Shown here: one piece after another, positions 9,268-19,278 of the stretch
Layout: each line of letters begins with the position of its first letter
Numbering within the stretch: position 1 is the first letter of the stretch
Translations under genes and position numbers: made by a program
Virus record (IMG/VR): IMGVR_UViG_3300009826_001423
Coordinates: 4,198 to 68,197 of that record
Source of the DNA: a virus
Direction: 5' to 3' (one strand)
DNA length: 64,000 bases
Notes under the pieces: model-generated
Databases searched by the model: none
What the model saw: the letters and a program-made list of their open reading frames with translations, nothing else
What the model was told of the DNA's origin: nothing

Positions 9268-9540
9268 CTAACTATTGATATTCACGTTCGGACTACCTGT
9301 TGCTTCTCCATTTGGAGGATGAAACGGAGGAATAGGCTCTCCGGCATTGTTATCACCCACTCGCGCAAGTGCCAGATTATTTACAAATACGTTGGGACTT
9401 CCCTCGGCCTGGGTACCGCCGTGGGAATCTCCATCACTTACTCGATGTGCGGCGAGAGTGTTAATAAAAACATTAGGGCTTCCCCCAGTATCTACAGCAC
9501 CACATCCATGGTTATCACCCATCCTGCAAGCTGCTGGCAT
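9268..9540 (-). CDS. PAAR-domain spike-tip protein
   Basis: PAACRMGD plus three GSPNVFIN-type repeats and a His. Confidence 0.9.
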   Translation of the reverse strand: MPAACRMGDNHGCGAVDTGGSPNVFINTLAAHRVSDGDSHGGTQAEGSPNVFVNNLALARVGDNNAGEPIPPFHPPNGEATGSPNVNINS

Positions 9541-9552
9541 AATTACAGCCCC

Positions 9553-10161
9553 CTAAAACTTGTCATTAATATGCACGATAGGCGCATTTATGTTTATTGA
9601 TGTATCGCTATCAATGGTCATTGCACCTTCGCAATGGATTTTCATATCTCCTTGAGCGTAAACTTCTATGTGCCGTGCGGCAAAAATACTAACATCCCGC
9701 TCGGAATAAACATTTATATCACGATTACAAAGGATATCTATGTCAATTTCAGTAGTAACATCAATTGATGTTTCCTCCGGGTTTGCTTCGGGAATCGTGA
9801 TGGTTAACTTGTGGATATCTCGGTCGTATTCAATGAGAGTTTCATCCTCAAATTTGATGTACCGCTTATCTTTGTTTTGAATAGGCGGCAGTCTGGTATC
9901 GGCATAAAATGAGCCTACAATATAGCCCTTTGTCGGTGCTGAAGGATCAAAAATACACAGTACCCGTTCCTCTAAGTCGGGCATGTAATAGGCGTGGTCT
10001 TTCAATGTCAGTGGCACAATAATGTGTAGGTCACCAGAAACAAGGTCGTGCCTATCTTCAAAAACAACTTGTGCCGTACATTTTTCGTAATCAATTGATG
10101 ATACTTTGCCGACACGAAATAAATCGCTATGCTTATCACGCATCAATATCCCTCCAAGCAA
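9553..10161 (-). CDS. Baseplate spike (gpV-like)
   Basis: RVGKVSSIDYE...YYMPDLEERVLCIF...GYIVGSFY, with a beta-helix-like C-terminus. Confidence 0.85.
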   Translation of the reverse strand: MLGGILMRDKHSDLFRVGKVSSIDYEKCTAQVVFEDRHDLVSGDLHIIVPLTLKDHAYYMPDLEERVLCIFDPSAPTKGYIVGSFYADTRLPPIQNKDKRYIKFEDETLIEYDRDIHKLTITIPEANPEETSIDVTTEIDIDILCNRDINVYSERDVSIFAARHIEVYAQGDMKIHCEGAMTIDSDTSININAPIVHINDKF

Positions 10162-11153
10162 CGGCGAGTACGCAATGAAGTTGTATATCCGTTGTCACCT
10201 ATAGTGTGAGTGCAATTTGTTATGTGGTACTTACCATCAAAACGATACCATCCCTCGTATTCTACATTTGTTCCAGAAAAATAAATGATGTCACCCTTCA
10301 TAGTTATGTCGCAAGTCCACTCGTTACGGTTTTTCTCCCGGCAACGCGCTCTGGCTTTGCGGTCAAGGCTTATATCATCACCCTCGCCGTTAAAATGCTC
10401 ACGAAGAGTTAACACATGGCCGACATCTCCCACATTTGGGGCTTCAAAGTATCCAGTGTAGAGTTCATCCGTCTTGGGGTCAAAATGAGATATTTCACAG
10501 GCTTTGTATACATCCTTTGCCCTGCGGTTGAATCTTGGCTCCTCTATGATGTTACTGCTGCCCCTTATTATGGTGGTTACTTCTGGCTCGGATTCGTACT
10601 TGCTTTCTTCAAAAACAATTAGCTGTCCGTCTGTAACTTTCAGACAAAGCCCATCGGATTTACAGAGTTCTTCCAAATACTCAAGGTCTGATTTGTCGAT
10701 TTGATCAGCTACATCATAAAAGGGGTCTACATTGGTATCATAAACCAATGAAACCCCTACATTGCCGGATATATCCCCGGCTATTGCAGATAATGAAACC
10801 TGTTTCCATGTTTCGTGCTTCTTTTCGCTTCGCCCACTGCCCGTTATTGGAACAGCGGTTGCACTTATTGAAACAGCACCATCCCAAGTTACATCGTCAA
10901 TTTCAAATGAGCCGAGGTCTATTGTGCGGTTATCGCCGTTGCTATTCCAATCAGAAACTTCTATGGAGGCTTGCAGGGTATCTCCTGTTTCGGGAAAGAA
11001 ATCACTTATCCAGCGTCTGTCACGGTCGGACAGGGAAACCCGCAAATCATCCGTCTGGTCGTAGTTATCGGTATAAACAAAATTCGTTACATGCCTTGAG
11101 ATGTCCTGCCCTCTGTATTGAATGCTTGCCTTTGCCCGTCTTGCTTTCGCCAC
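10143..11153 (-). CDS. Baseplate hub / late control D (gpD-like)
   Basis: QIDKSDLEYLEELC, LKVTDGQLIVF and GKYHITNCTH motifs. Confidence 0.88.
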   Translation of the reverse strand: MAKARRAKASIQYRGQDISRHVTNFVYTDNYDQTDDLRVSLSDRDRRWISDFFPETGDTLQASIEVSDWNSNGDNRTIDLGSFEIDDVTWDGAVSISATAVPITGSGRSEKKHETWKQVSLSAIAGDISGNVGVSLVYDTNVDPFYDVADQIDKSDLEYLEELCKSDGLCLKVTDGQLIVFEESKYESEPEVTTIIRGSSNIIEEPRFNRRAKDVYKACEISHFDPKTDELYTGYFEAPNVGDVGHVLTLREHFNGEGDDISLDRKARARCREKNRNEWTCDITMKGDIIYFSGTNVEYEGWYRFDGKYHITNCTHTIGDNGYTTSLRTRRCLEGY

Positions 11154-11179
11154 CGAGCATCACCACCTTTGCGGCAAAG

Positions 11180-11202
11180 AAAAAAGCCGCCTTGTAGCGG
11201 CT
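11180..11202 (-). terminator. Intrinsic terminator after hicB
   Basis: AGCCGC-6nt-GCGGCT followed by TTTTTT on the - strand. Confidence 0.75.
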
Positions 11203-11220
11203 CTAATCGGAATGTAATCT

Positions 11221-11616
11221 TTACTTTACGGCTAAATACTCTTTCAACCCTTCTTGCAATATCTGAGAAAACGGAGCGTTAGCTGCCTCGGCTTGATGGT
11301 TTAGCCATGCTGGTATTGACAACGTTTTCTTAATAGCCCTTGTGTCGTGCTGGCGGCGATATTCGTTTGTATCTGCGGCAATTAATGTAACTCGCTCATT
11401 CGGTTTGGCTTCCAAACTCTTTGAGGCTTTTGGTATTGCCATGCCTGTATTTTCAGCATTCCACAACCACATAGCAATGGCATCTTGCGCCATAAACAAA
11501 GCATCTGCCTCGTCCTCTCCGTAAGTGTGACAACCCGGCAAATCCGGCACGGTAACGCTCACTTTTCCATCATCTGCATAGAGTATCGCACTATACACAT
11601 ATTTCATACAAAGCAC
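11221..11616 (-). CDS. hicB: HicB family antitoxin
   Basis: VTVPDLPGCHTYG; C-terminal KKTLSIPAWLN RHH region. Confidence 0.93.
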   Translation of the reverse strand: MLCMKYVYSAILYADDGKVSVTVPDLPGCHTYGEDEADALFMAQDAIAMWLWNAENTGMAIPKASKSLEAKPNERVTLIAADTNEYRRQHDTRAIKKTLSIPAWLNHQAEAANAPFSQILQEGLKEYLAVK

Positions 11617-11646
11617 CCCTTTCTATACGTAGCCAAAGGCGAGGGC

Positions 11647-11835
11647 TTATTTAAGCCCTGCGTCTTTTAGCATTTGGTTTAATGTACCGGTGGGAATTTC
11701 GCCTGTTCCTCTTTGGATTGGTATTTGCAGTCCTGGCTTGTCTGGGTGTACTGCCATTTCATGTCGTGTGCCTTGCACGAAATACCATTTCTTATCTGCT
11801 TTTTTTAGCTTTTGTTTATACTCTTTGGCTGTCAT
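11647..11835 (-). CDS. hicA: HicA family mRNA interferase toxin
   Basis: 62 aa with GTRHEM (catalytic His) and IPTGTLNQMLKDAGL. Confidence 0.88.
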   Translation of the reverse strand: MTAKEYKQKLKKADKKWYFVQGTRHEMAVHPDKPGLQIPIQRGTGEIPTGTLNQMLKDAGLK

Positions 11836-11853
11836 TTCCTCACCTCCAAATAC

Positions 11854-11882
11854 ATTATATACGTATTATTACGTGTTGTCAA
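11854..11882 (-). promoter_or_regulatory. Consensus sigma-A promoter of hicAB with an internal palindromic operator
   Basis: TTGACA-17-TATAAT; ACGTA-N4-TACGT at 11861..11874 within the spacer. Confidence 0.85.
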
Positions 11883-11923
11883 TGGGGTTAATGAAAATAT
11901 TTTACACATTATTTTTGTTGCAT

Positions 11924-12127
11924 TTATCCAGCCCTCCAAGGAGGCCAAGTTACCCTAACCTCCCTAGAGACTTCTGGTACAGCTAACACGCAATTTGCAG
12001 GGAAAACCGCAATAGTGCGATATTGAGGGTTTGCGTCAACGAGAATGTGCATAAGGGCTTCGTTGTTATATAGTTGACGAGCGATACTATCCCACATATC
12101 GCCTTGTACGGTTGTATAATTACGCAT
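11924..12127 (-). CDS. Tail protein X (LysM-like)
   Basis: YTTVQGDMWDSIA...ANPQY...PPW. Confidence 0.9.
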   Translation of the reverse strand: MRNYTTVQGDMWDSIARQLYNNEALMHILVDANPQYRTIAVFPANCVLAVPEVSREVRVTWPPWRAG

Positions 12128-15100
12128 TTGCCAGCCTCCTATTTCTGTAATCCTCTTCACGCACAACTTGAAGGATTAATTGCTTCAGTTTGGCTTCGCC
12201 CTCCCTGTCACGTTGGTTAAGCATGGTCTTCAAGTCTTCAATATTAAACCCGCCACCCTCAATGTTATAAACAGGATTGTAATTGACTGACACATCCCCG
12301 CTTTGGTGATATGCAGAATCGCCCATCCGCTTTATTACATCAACAGGATTTGAAGATGAAAATGTATCGCTGTTGTCATCATTTAAATGATTATAACGGC
12401 TGAAGCTGTTTTGGGCTGAATGTGCATTTGATACCGCTGGGAATGGAATAATATTAGAAGCATCATGGGAGAGTTCCAATCCTGCGGAACCAAAGTCTGG
12501 AGTTTCGTTGTGTAGGTTTTTTGCTATTATCTTTGAAATTTTCTTACAGGCTCTTTCTACATTTCCGGCCTTGCCATACATGGTATCAGCTAGACCATCC
12601 ATGATGTCCTCGGCAACTTTCATCATTTCCCCATACTTGGAGTTCATGCCGTTTATGCCACCGTCCATGATTTGCCCGAATATTTCAAAGCCTGTATCGC
12701 TTTGTTTTGCGCTATGAGGAATTTTATATTCCACAGACTTAATGTCAGTAATGCTGGGGGAAACATGTAAATTATCAGCCATTAGCTTTGCGATATTCTT
12801 GCATGTGGCTTCAATTATCCCGACTTTGGAGCGCATACCCATTGCCATATCCTCAATGAAATGCGCCCCTATGTCCATGGAGTCAGATAATTCAGTATCA
12901 GCTAAAGAAGCATTTACTTTTATATCCTGCGGTTTTACATACAAGCCTTTTGCAATAAGCATAGAAATTTTCTTGCAGGCTGTTTCAACAATGCCAGCCT
13001 TGTGATACATAGTATCGGCAAGACCATCCATAATGTCTTCGCTAACTACCATCATTTCATCATACTTGGAATACATGCCGTCAATTCCACCATCCATAAT
13101 GTAGCCGAACATCTTAAATGTCGCTCTGGATGGAGAGTTGATTTCTGCCGCTCTTCTCATGGTTGCCAGTGCATCGTTGATAATCTGTTGTGCTGCATTA
13201 CATAAAACGCTACTGCCTCTCAACATGCCTTGTGCTGCGCCATTAGGAATTTCATATCCAGCGGAGTCAAATCCAGCGTGTTCTATCGCACTGCTGAAGG
13301 AGTCAAATCCGCTGTTTACCTTGGCGATTAAAGCGTGTTCCATTGCTTGGTTTTCAAGGATTGTAATGGCAAGATTATCAATAAGTTCCTCGGCAGATTG
13401 TGCAATACCTTCTGGATCAAGTTCACGTTTCATGGATTCCATGGCTATATACGTTGAGTGTTCAAATGCAGCATTAAGAGCATCAAGTTCGTAATCTGCG
13501 GCATTTACCAATTCGCGCACTGTAGCGGCGGCTTCTGGTCCCGCTTGCCGAAGTTGTTCAATCAAGCCCTCGTCTAAGCCGCGCTCTGTGAGTTTCGCCA
13601 TGTTTATGCTCCACTCTTCGACTTGTGCAGCATTTTGCAATAAATTTGAGGTCATATCGCCAACAGAAACTGCTACATTTTCAGTAACCGTTTGAAACAC
13701 GTTAGTGGTCAATCGCTTGTATGTTTCGAATGAGCGATTCATTCTGTCTAATGCTTCACCTTGTGCATTTGCCCATTCTTCAGCAGTGAACGCTTGTCGG
13801 CGCATAGCCATTTCCAAACCATACGTTTCAATGGCAGCTTGTTGTTGCGCACGGCTGATTTCATCTAATGCACGGATATTTTCTAGGTAGAGGGCATTGA
13901 CTGCACCTTGTTGATGTTCATTTGCTTCAAGTGCCGCCCTGTATCCATTTTCGACAGCGATTATATCTTCAAGTGCTGCTTCCAAAGCACGGGTGTCTGC
14001 TCGGCGGCGGCGTGAACCATCGTTTAACTGGTCGTATATTTCCATGCGCCGTGTATAGACATCTTGGAGTTCAAGGTCGAGTTCAATTGCCTCTCTGTTA
14101 AGCCGTGTCTTTTCAGAAAGATTGGCCGCCTGCATATTTGCCAAATGTTCAGTCCGGTCTGCCACAGAATCAAGTTGTGAGCCGTACTCCTGCATTATGC
14201 GAGCATTCCTCATAAACTCATCTGCGGAATTTGCTGCCGAATCAGTTAATTGTAACTGTCGGTCTGCAAGTGCTTCAACCTCCTTACCTACGGCTTGATA
14301 CTCAGCGCCCACACGTCTAAACAAAGTTATTAATACGCCTACAATCGCAATCACACCAGCAACTGCGGCAAGAATCCATCCAAAGACAGGAATTTTCATA
14401 ATTGCAATGGACATAACCTTGAACGCAACAGAAAGACCTTTTGTGGCTAAGGCAAGAACGCCACTGCCAGTAGCTGTAGCCGCAAGAGCAACACTCTTGG
14501 CTTTAAGTGCCGTCGCAGATGCAGCTTTTGCTTTTAGCGAGAGCGCATATGCTTTGCCAAGTTTACTGGTTGCAAGAGTGTTCGCCTTGGTTGCCGTTGT
14601 GTCAGCAGTTAATGCCGCTGTGTTTGCCTTGGTTGCCATTGCTCTTGCTGTTTCAGCAGCGGCTGTTCTCTGGTTTGCTATACTCGCTTTAGTGGTGGCA
14701 ACAGTTCTTAAATGTTCAGCTTGTGCTACTGCTGCCATTGTTTTAGCACTTTTTGCACCTGTGGTTACTCTTAACATCTCGGCCTTTTCAGCCATCCGCA
14801 CTGCTTTTGTTTCTGCGGCAGTCGCAGCCTTTCTCGCCGCTGATGCCGCTTTATCTGCATTAGCCGCTAAAGTATTAAATCCTGTAGCTTTTGTTTTCGC
14901 CACTTGTGCGGCTGTTGCAAGTTGTGTCGCTGTTTTTACAGCCAGCAAGGTGTTTTTGAACGTCTTGTATGCAGCATGAGCCGCACCAACGGTTTTTACA
15001 ATCTTACCTGTCACCATCAGCATCGGCCCAGCGGCGGCGGCAACTAAGCCCAAGGTAATAACAATTCGTTGAGTTCCTTTATCAAGGCTTGCAAAGCGAT

Positions 15101-16244
15101 TTATCCATACCCCAATGAAATCAACAAACCCTATGGCATGTGGGAGCAGATGTTCACTTATTTGGAGCATTATTTCCTCTAAGGAATTCTTCAACTGCTG
15201 AACAGAGCCGGACATTCCCTCTTGTTGTATCGCTGCCATTTGGAAAGCAGTGCCTGTGCCATCTACAGCACTTGCGGTTTCATATAATTCGGGAATAAGT
15301 TCCCGTAAGCCGTCACGCTGATTAAACAGTTCATCGGCAAAGGCTCTAGCACTTTGCTGGGTAAAGAGAGTAGACATAAGGTCTAACCGTTCCGTACCGT
15401 CAGTTACGCCCTCAAGGGCATCACCCAAAGCGAAAAGTTGATCCATTGTGCTTTTCGATTGCCATTCAAGGCTGTCTGTGGATATTCCCAGCCGCCGAAA
15501 TGCATCTGTTTGGGCTGCTGTCGGAAGCAACATGGTTTCAATCGCTTGTTGGAATCCGCTGTAGGCATTAGCCCCTCGTACCCCGGCTTGATATAACTGC
15601 CCGAAAACTGCTGTGGCCTCTGTACCAGATATACCCGCTGCGTTCAAGGAAGCATTTGCCCTAAACAAATAGTCTTGTAGTGTGTTAAGCCCTATACCCG
15701 TTCGTTGATTCGTGGCCGCAAAGAGATTGATGTATTTCTCTGCATAACTTGCGTCCTTACCTACCTTCAAGAGATAATTTCCAAGGAAGTACGCCGTATT
15801 TCCTAAATCATCACCAACGGCAGTAGCCAATACCATAGACGTTCGCATAATTTCTGTACCGAACGCTGCGTCTTGGCCTCTAACGGCAATATCGGCGTAG
15901 GCTTCGGCTATCTGCCGCGCACTAAATATGCCATAATCCCCAGACACGGCCATAGCCCTAAATGAATCGCTAAGTTCGTTGACCTCATAAGCGGTCATTT
16001 CCGTTCGAGCCTGTATTTTACCTAAAGAGTTATCATAATCTGCACCAATTGCAAGTGCAGCTACGCCGATACCCAACAATGGCATTGTTACACCCATTGT
16101 TAGCCCTTTGCCAACACTTGATATTTTGTCACCAATCCTGGCAAAACGATTCTCAGCTTCTTCAAAGGTTTTGCCAAAGCCACTACCTAACATGGCATCT
16201 AACTTGAAGGCTATTTTATACGCCTTAGATTTACCGCCAGCCAT
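12120..16244 (-). CDS. Tape measure protein
   Basis: 1374 aa, Ala-rich and helical, between the chaperones and tail protein X. Confidence 0.93.
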   Translation of the reverse strand: MAGGKSKAYKIAFKLDAMLGSGFGKTFEEAENRFARIGDKISSVGKGLTMGVTMPLLGIGVAALAIGADYDNSLGKIQARTEMTAYEVNELSDSFRAMAVSGDYGIFSARQIAEAYADIAVRGQDAAFGTEIMRTSMVLATAVGDDLGNTAYFLGNYLLKVGKDASYAEKYINLFAATNQRTGIGLNTLQDYLFRANASLNAAGISGTEATAVFGQLYQAGVRGANAYSGFQQAIETMLLPTAAQTDAFRRLGISTDSLEWQSKSTMDQLFALGDALEGVTDGTERLDLMSTLFTQQSARAFADELFNQRDGLRELIPELYETASAVDGTGTAFQMAAIQQEGMSGSVQQLKNSLEEIMLQISEHLLPHAIGFVDFIGVWINRFASLDKGTQRIVITLGLVAAAAGPMLMVTGKIVKTVGAAHAAYKTFKNTLLAVKTATQLATAAQVAKTKATGFNTLAANADKAASAARKAATAAETKAVRMAEKAEMLRVTTGAKSAKTMAAVAQAEHLRTVATTKASIANQRTAAAETARAMATKANTAALTADTTATKANTLATSKLGKAYALSLKAKAASATALKAKSVALAATATGSGVLALATKGLSVAFKVMSIAIMKIPVFGWILAAVAGVIAIVGVLITLFRRVGAEYQAVGKEVEALADRQLQLTDSAANSADEFMRNARIMQEYGSQLDSVADRTEHLANMQAANLSEKTRLNREAIELDLELQDVYTRRMEIYDQLNDGSRRRRADTRALEAALEDIIAVENGYRAALEANEHQQGAVNALYLENIRALDEISRAQQQAAIETYGLEMAMRRQAFTAEEWANAQGEALDRMNRSFETYKRLTTNVFQTVTENVAVSVGDMTSNLLQNAAQVEEWSINMAKLTERGLDEGLIEQLRQAGPEAAATVRELVNAADYELDALNAAFEHSTYIAMESMKRELDPEGIAQSAEELIDNLAITILENQAMEHALIAKVNSGFDSFSSAIEHAGFDSAGYEIPNGAAQGMLRGSSVLCNAAQQIINDALATMRRAAEINSPSRATFKMFGYIMDGGIDGMYSKYDEMMVVSEDIMDGLADTMYHKAGIVETACKKISMLIAKGLYVKPQDIKVNASLADTELSDSMDIGAHFIEDMAMGMRSKVGIIEATCKNIAKLMADNLHVSPSITDIKSVEYKIPHSAKQSDTGFEIFGQIMDGGINGMNSKYGEMMKVAEDIMDGLADTMYGKAGNVERACKKISKIIAKNLHNETPDFGSAGLELSHDASNIIPFPAVSNAHSAQNSFSRYNHLNDDNSDTFSSSNPVDVIKRMGDSAYHQSGDVSVNYNPVYNIEGGGFNIEDLKTMLNQRDREGEAKLKQLILQVVREEDYRNRRLANA

Positions 16245-16259
16245 GGCAAACCCTCCCCT

Positions 16260-16571
16260 CTATCGTTTTTGATTGCGCTGGTTTTTTATGGCTCTATTTC
16301 GCTCTTCAACGTAATCTGCATATAGTTCCATTTCCTGATGTAACTCCGATAAGGGGAGGGTTTTACAGTATTGCGTACTGTTATTTGTACCCACAGCTAA
16401 GAGCATAATGCCACGAAGGAGTTCTTTTAAGTCCTCCCTTATTCCGTCGAGGAAGGGGGTTTCCCGCTCCCCGTCTGTTTCGGATTCGAAGTCTCTATTT
16501 TCCCAGACTTTTGGGTTTGCTTGCCCTCGCCCTCCGTCTCCTCTTCCTCCGATTCCCCATCCAGCAAAAAA
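16260..16571 (-). CDS. Tail assembly chaperone extension (probable -1 frameshift product)
   Basis: Open -1 frame overlapping the chaperone; slippery T TTT TTG at 16565..16571. Confidence 0.55.
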   Translation of the reverse strand, partial: FFAGWGIGGRGDGGRGQANPKVWENRDFESETDGERETPFLDGIREDLKELLRGIMLLAVGTNNSTQYCKTLPLSELHQEMELYADYVEERNRAIKNQRNQKR

Positions 16572-16846
16572 TCCTGCACTAAAAGGCACACTTGGGTATA
16601 ATCCTGTGCGCCAAACGAGCGGATATCATTCAGTTTCAGCCCCGATGCTTTGGCGGCCACACAGGAAAGATATGTTTTATTGGTTTCCGGTACCGGCATT
16701 CCCTTCTTTTTGCCGAGTAATGCCTTGGCCTGTTTTTCGCAGTTCTCTAAGTCCACCACCGACAAATCTTCCAAGTTTAAGGTGATTTCGGTGAGTTGCT
16801 CACCGCCAGCAGTGGTAATGGGCTTTTTCAATACATACTGTTCCAT
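16439..16846 (-). CDS. Tail assembly chaperone (gpE-like)
   Basis: Position between the tube and tape measure genes; ...DYTQVCLLVQDFL. Confidence 0.85.
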   Translation of the reverse strand: MEQYVLKKPITTAGGEQLTEITLNLEDLSVVDLENCEKQAKALLGKKKGMPVPETNKTYLSCVAAKASGLKLNDIRSFGAQDYTQVCLLVQDFLLDGESEEEETEGEGKQTQKSGKIETSNPKQTGSGKPPSSTE

Positions 16847-16855
16847 AATGTCCTC

Positions 16856-17374
16856 CTAGTCTCTGCCGATATTACGGCGAACTTCGTCCATGTAATCAGT
16901 TCCGTTGATTGTGCATATGAAGTTGAGTTTATCAATCTCTACCTTTGCCCTTCCGGCTACGGAAAGCAGGAGATAAATAATCTCGTATTCTACGCTGGTT
17001 CCCATTTGGGCAGCAACTCCAAGGTTGCCGAGAGTTACATTTTTAGGAATACAGCGCATCACAACTTTTATACCTGTATCCCTATACTCGCCGCTACCTT
17101 CGTCATAAAACTGGACGTTGCCCATGAAAGCAAAGTGGTATGTTTCTGGGGCAGAATAAACAACATTATCCGCAAAAAGAGTACGCCAGTTAATTGTTGT
17201 TGTAAGAGATTGGAAATGCCCCTTTGTTGGTGAATCAATCTCTCCGGCAATGCCAGCCCCGCTCATGCTTTCGGTCATATAGTTGAGATTGGGAAGGGTA
17301 ACATCCACAATCCCCAGCATTTCGTTACCTGCGTCATAGCAGATAAAATTTGTTAATTTATCGGGTATCGCCAT
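16856..17374 (-). CDS. Major tail tube protein (P2 FII-like)
   Basis: VTLPNL, SGAGIAGEID and EIDKLNFICTINGTDY motifs. Confidence 0.93.
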   Translation of the reverse strand: MAIPDKLTNFICYDAGNEMLGIVDVTLPNLNYMTESMSGAGIAGEIDSPTKGHFQSLTTTINWRTLFADNVVYSAPETYHFAFMGNVQFYDEGSGEYRDTGIKVVMRCIPKNVTLGNLGVAAQMGTSVEYEIIYLLLSVAGRAKVEIDKLNFICTINGTDYMDEVRRNIGRD

Positions 17375-17387
17375 GAGTTACTCCTTT

Positions 17388-18866
17388 CTAGCTGAACAGC
17401 GTCAACAGATAATCTGGGTCATATTGCAGTATAAATTCGCCTTGTTCGAATGGAGGGGGAGGAGAAACCCTTACTCTGAATCGCAATATGCCGTCCAGCA
17501 AATCGGTCAGTGGATTATCCTCTTCCTGTAGTGGTTCTATGCGGCCACCGAGAATGAAGCCCCGTGCGGCCAGACCATTAAGCCATATGTTTCCACTGTC
17601 AATAATAGTGTCTCTGAGTCTGCGGCTTATTGGTGCGTCCACTCTGACAAAATGGGTAAGGACGAGAGTATTGCCTATCCAGTCAAACATGCGCCTAATT
17701 GGAATGAAAACGTCCTTAACATCTGTTGTGCCTGGGAATGCTCCAGTGCGGTTGCCCCACGCTACCCAGCCGTTTGTAAAATTGACGGCTGCCGTAATTC
17801 CATTGTTTGCGAGGAAAGTGGCTTTTAGATTGTTAAGGATAATTTCATCGCCATTTTCATAGCAGAGACCGTTTATCCGAAGATTATTGTTGGATGGTGA
17901 CTCATAGGGAACATCCCCATTGTCAAAATCTGTTCTCCCTATAAGCCCTGCCATCTGGGATGAGTAATAGTATTTCTGATTCCCAAGACGTAGCATAGGA
18001 TAGAGATTTATTTGCCGGGTAGATACATAGTTGTTAATGTTCTTCCATGCAGGGATGTTTTGATATCTGTGTGGAATTAAATCTCCGCCCCCATTGCTAA
18101 TCATTGTGGGCATGTCGTTTAGAGTTATACAGCGAAAATGGCCGTTGATATTGTTCCCCTTGGTTTCCATCACGGCGGCCACAACAGGATTTCCAGACCA
18201 TTTAGGTGCTAGTATTTGCCCTGGAACCATCCTAAAGAGCGAATAAATGTCATCAATAATCTCTAGCCCTAAATTTTTATCAGTATTGATGTCAACGCCG
18301 CCAAGAATGTCGTATTCGTCCACCATTTCAGGTGCGAGTCTGGTATAAGATACAGTGATGGTTTGAGTTTCCGTTATGCCGCCTGTTACGCCTGGCTTGG
18401 CATTAATGACAACAAGACCATCACGGTTAAAAGCAAGGGTGTAGTGGGTGTCCTCTTCAAAGCCGTCTACTTCAACGGTATCAATTAACACACCATCAAC
18501 TTGCAGCACCCCAGAGAACCTGCTGAGTGTGACTTCTGCTCCTGTTTCGTCCACCGAATGAATATCCGGGTCAAGTACGTTGATCATAATCAAGGGTGCT
18601 ACACCAAACAAATTAAATTGGGAAAAAATCACTTGTGGTGCAGTGTAGTTATCCCAAATGTCTGGCCTCATGCTAAAGCCGAATGCTCTACGTGCCTGCC
18701 CATTGGTGTGTAGTAGTTGAGGCTTATTAGTTATGTTGTAAGGGTCTTCGCTAAGATGGATAGGTGCTGTTACAAAAGCCACGGGCAAACTTGCATTCAC
18801 TCTCACGGGTGGAACTATAGGGGTATCATCTTCCGAGATAAAAATGCCACGTCTATTTGCTGCCAT
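17388..18866 (-). CDS. Tail sheath protein (FI-like)
   Basis: YESPSNN, NGWVAWGNRT, FIPIRRMFDWI and PPPFE motifs. Confidence 0.93.
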   Translation of the reverse strand: MAANRRGIFISEDDTPIVPPVRVNASLPVAFVTAPIHLSEDPYNITNKPQLLHTNGQARRAFGFSMRPDIWDNYTAPQVIFSQFNLFGVAPLIMINVLDPDIHSVDETGAEVTLSRFSGVLQVDGVLIDTVEVDGFEEDTHYTLAFNRDGLVVINAKPGVTGGITETQTITVSYTRLAPEMVDEYDILGGVDINTDKNLGLEIIDDIYSLFRMVPGQILAPKWSGNPVVAAVMETKGNNINGHFRCITLNDMPTMISNGGGDLIPHRYQNIPAWKNINNYVSTRQINLYPMLRLGNQKYYYSSQMAGLIGRTDFDNGDVPYESPSNNNLRINGLCYENGDEIILNNLKATFLANNGITAAVNFTNGWVAWGNRTGAFPGTTDVKDVFIPIRRMFDWIGNTLVLTHFVRVDAPISRRLRDTIIDSGNIWLNGLAARGFILGGRIEPLQEEDNPLTDLLDGILRFRVRVSPPPPFEQGEFILQYDPDYLLTLFS

Positions 18867-19260
18867 TCTTCAAAACCCCCTTGCGTATGGATTGGGCTAC
18901 ATAGTGATAGAGTCTGTACGGTTCGCTTCCTTGGATTACCAGAGAATTCTTGAAATCCGGGTAATCTTTATCCTCCACAAACAATTCCTTAAGTTCTGGA
19001 AGTTTGTCGATAGTGTCTTTTAGTGTTTCGGGAATCTCCATGTAGATTCCTCCAGTAATCAACGCTCCGCCGGGTATATATGGACCAGAGTAAATTAGGC
19101 GTTTCTTACCTCTAACCTTGGCCGCTTGCCGTGCCTTCTGGCGGCGTTCTTTATTCTGACGCTTTTCGGCTTCAAGTTTCTGCCCCAGCGTTTGCTTGGT
19201 TGCGACACTGGATTCGTTCACCGCATCGGTTTTGGCGGCACTTTCTGCTTTTTTGCTCAT
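18853..19260 (-). CDS. Hypothetical tail-region protein
   Basis: ORF overlapping the sheath start; YSGPYIPGG motif. Confidence 0.6.
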   Translation of the reverse strand: MSKKAESAAKTDAVNESSVATKQTLGQKLEAEKRQNKERRQKARQAAKVRGKKRLIYSGPYIPGGALITGGIYMEIPETLKDTIDKLPELKELFVEDKDYPDFKNSLVIQGSEPYRLYHYVAQSIRKGVLKNGSK

Positions 19261-19278
19261 TAGCCTTGCTCCTTCCTG

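Noticed and set aside
16460-16466. GGGAAAC as the frameshift site
   Set aside because: The zero frame reads GGG AAA, not G GGA AAC, so it does not fit a -1 X XXY YYZ slip; TTTTTTG fits
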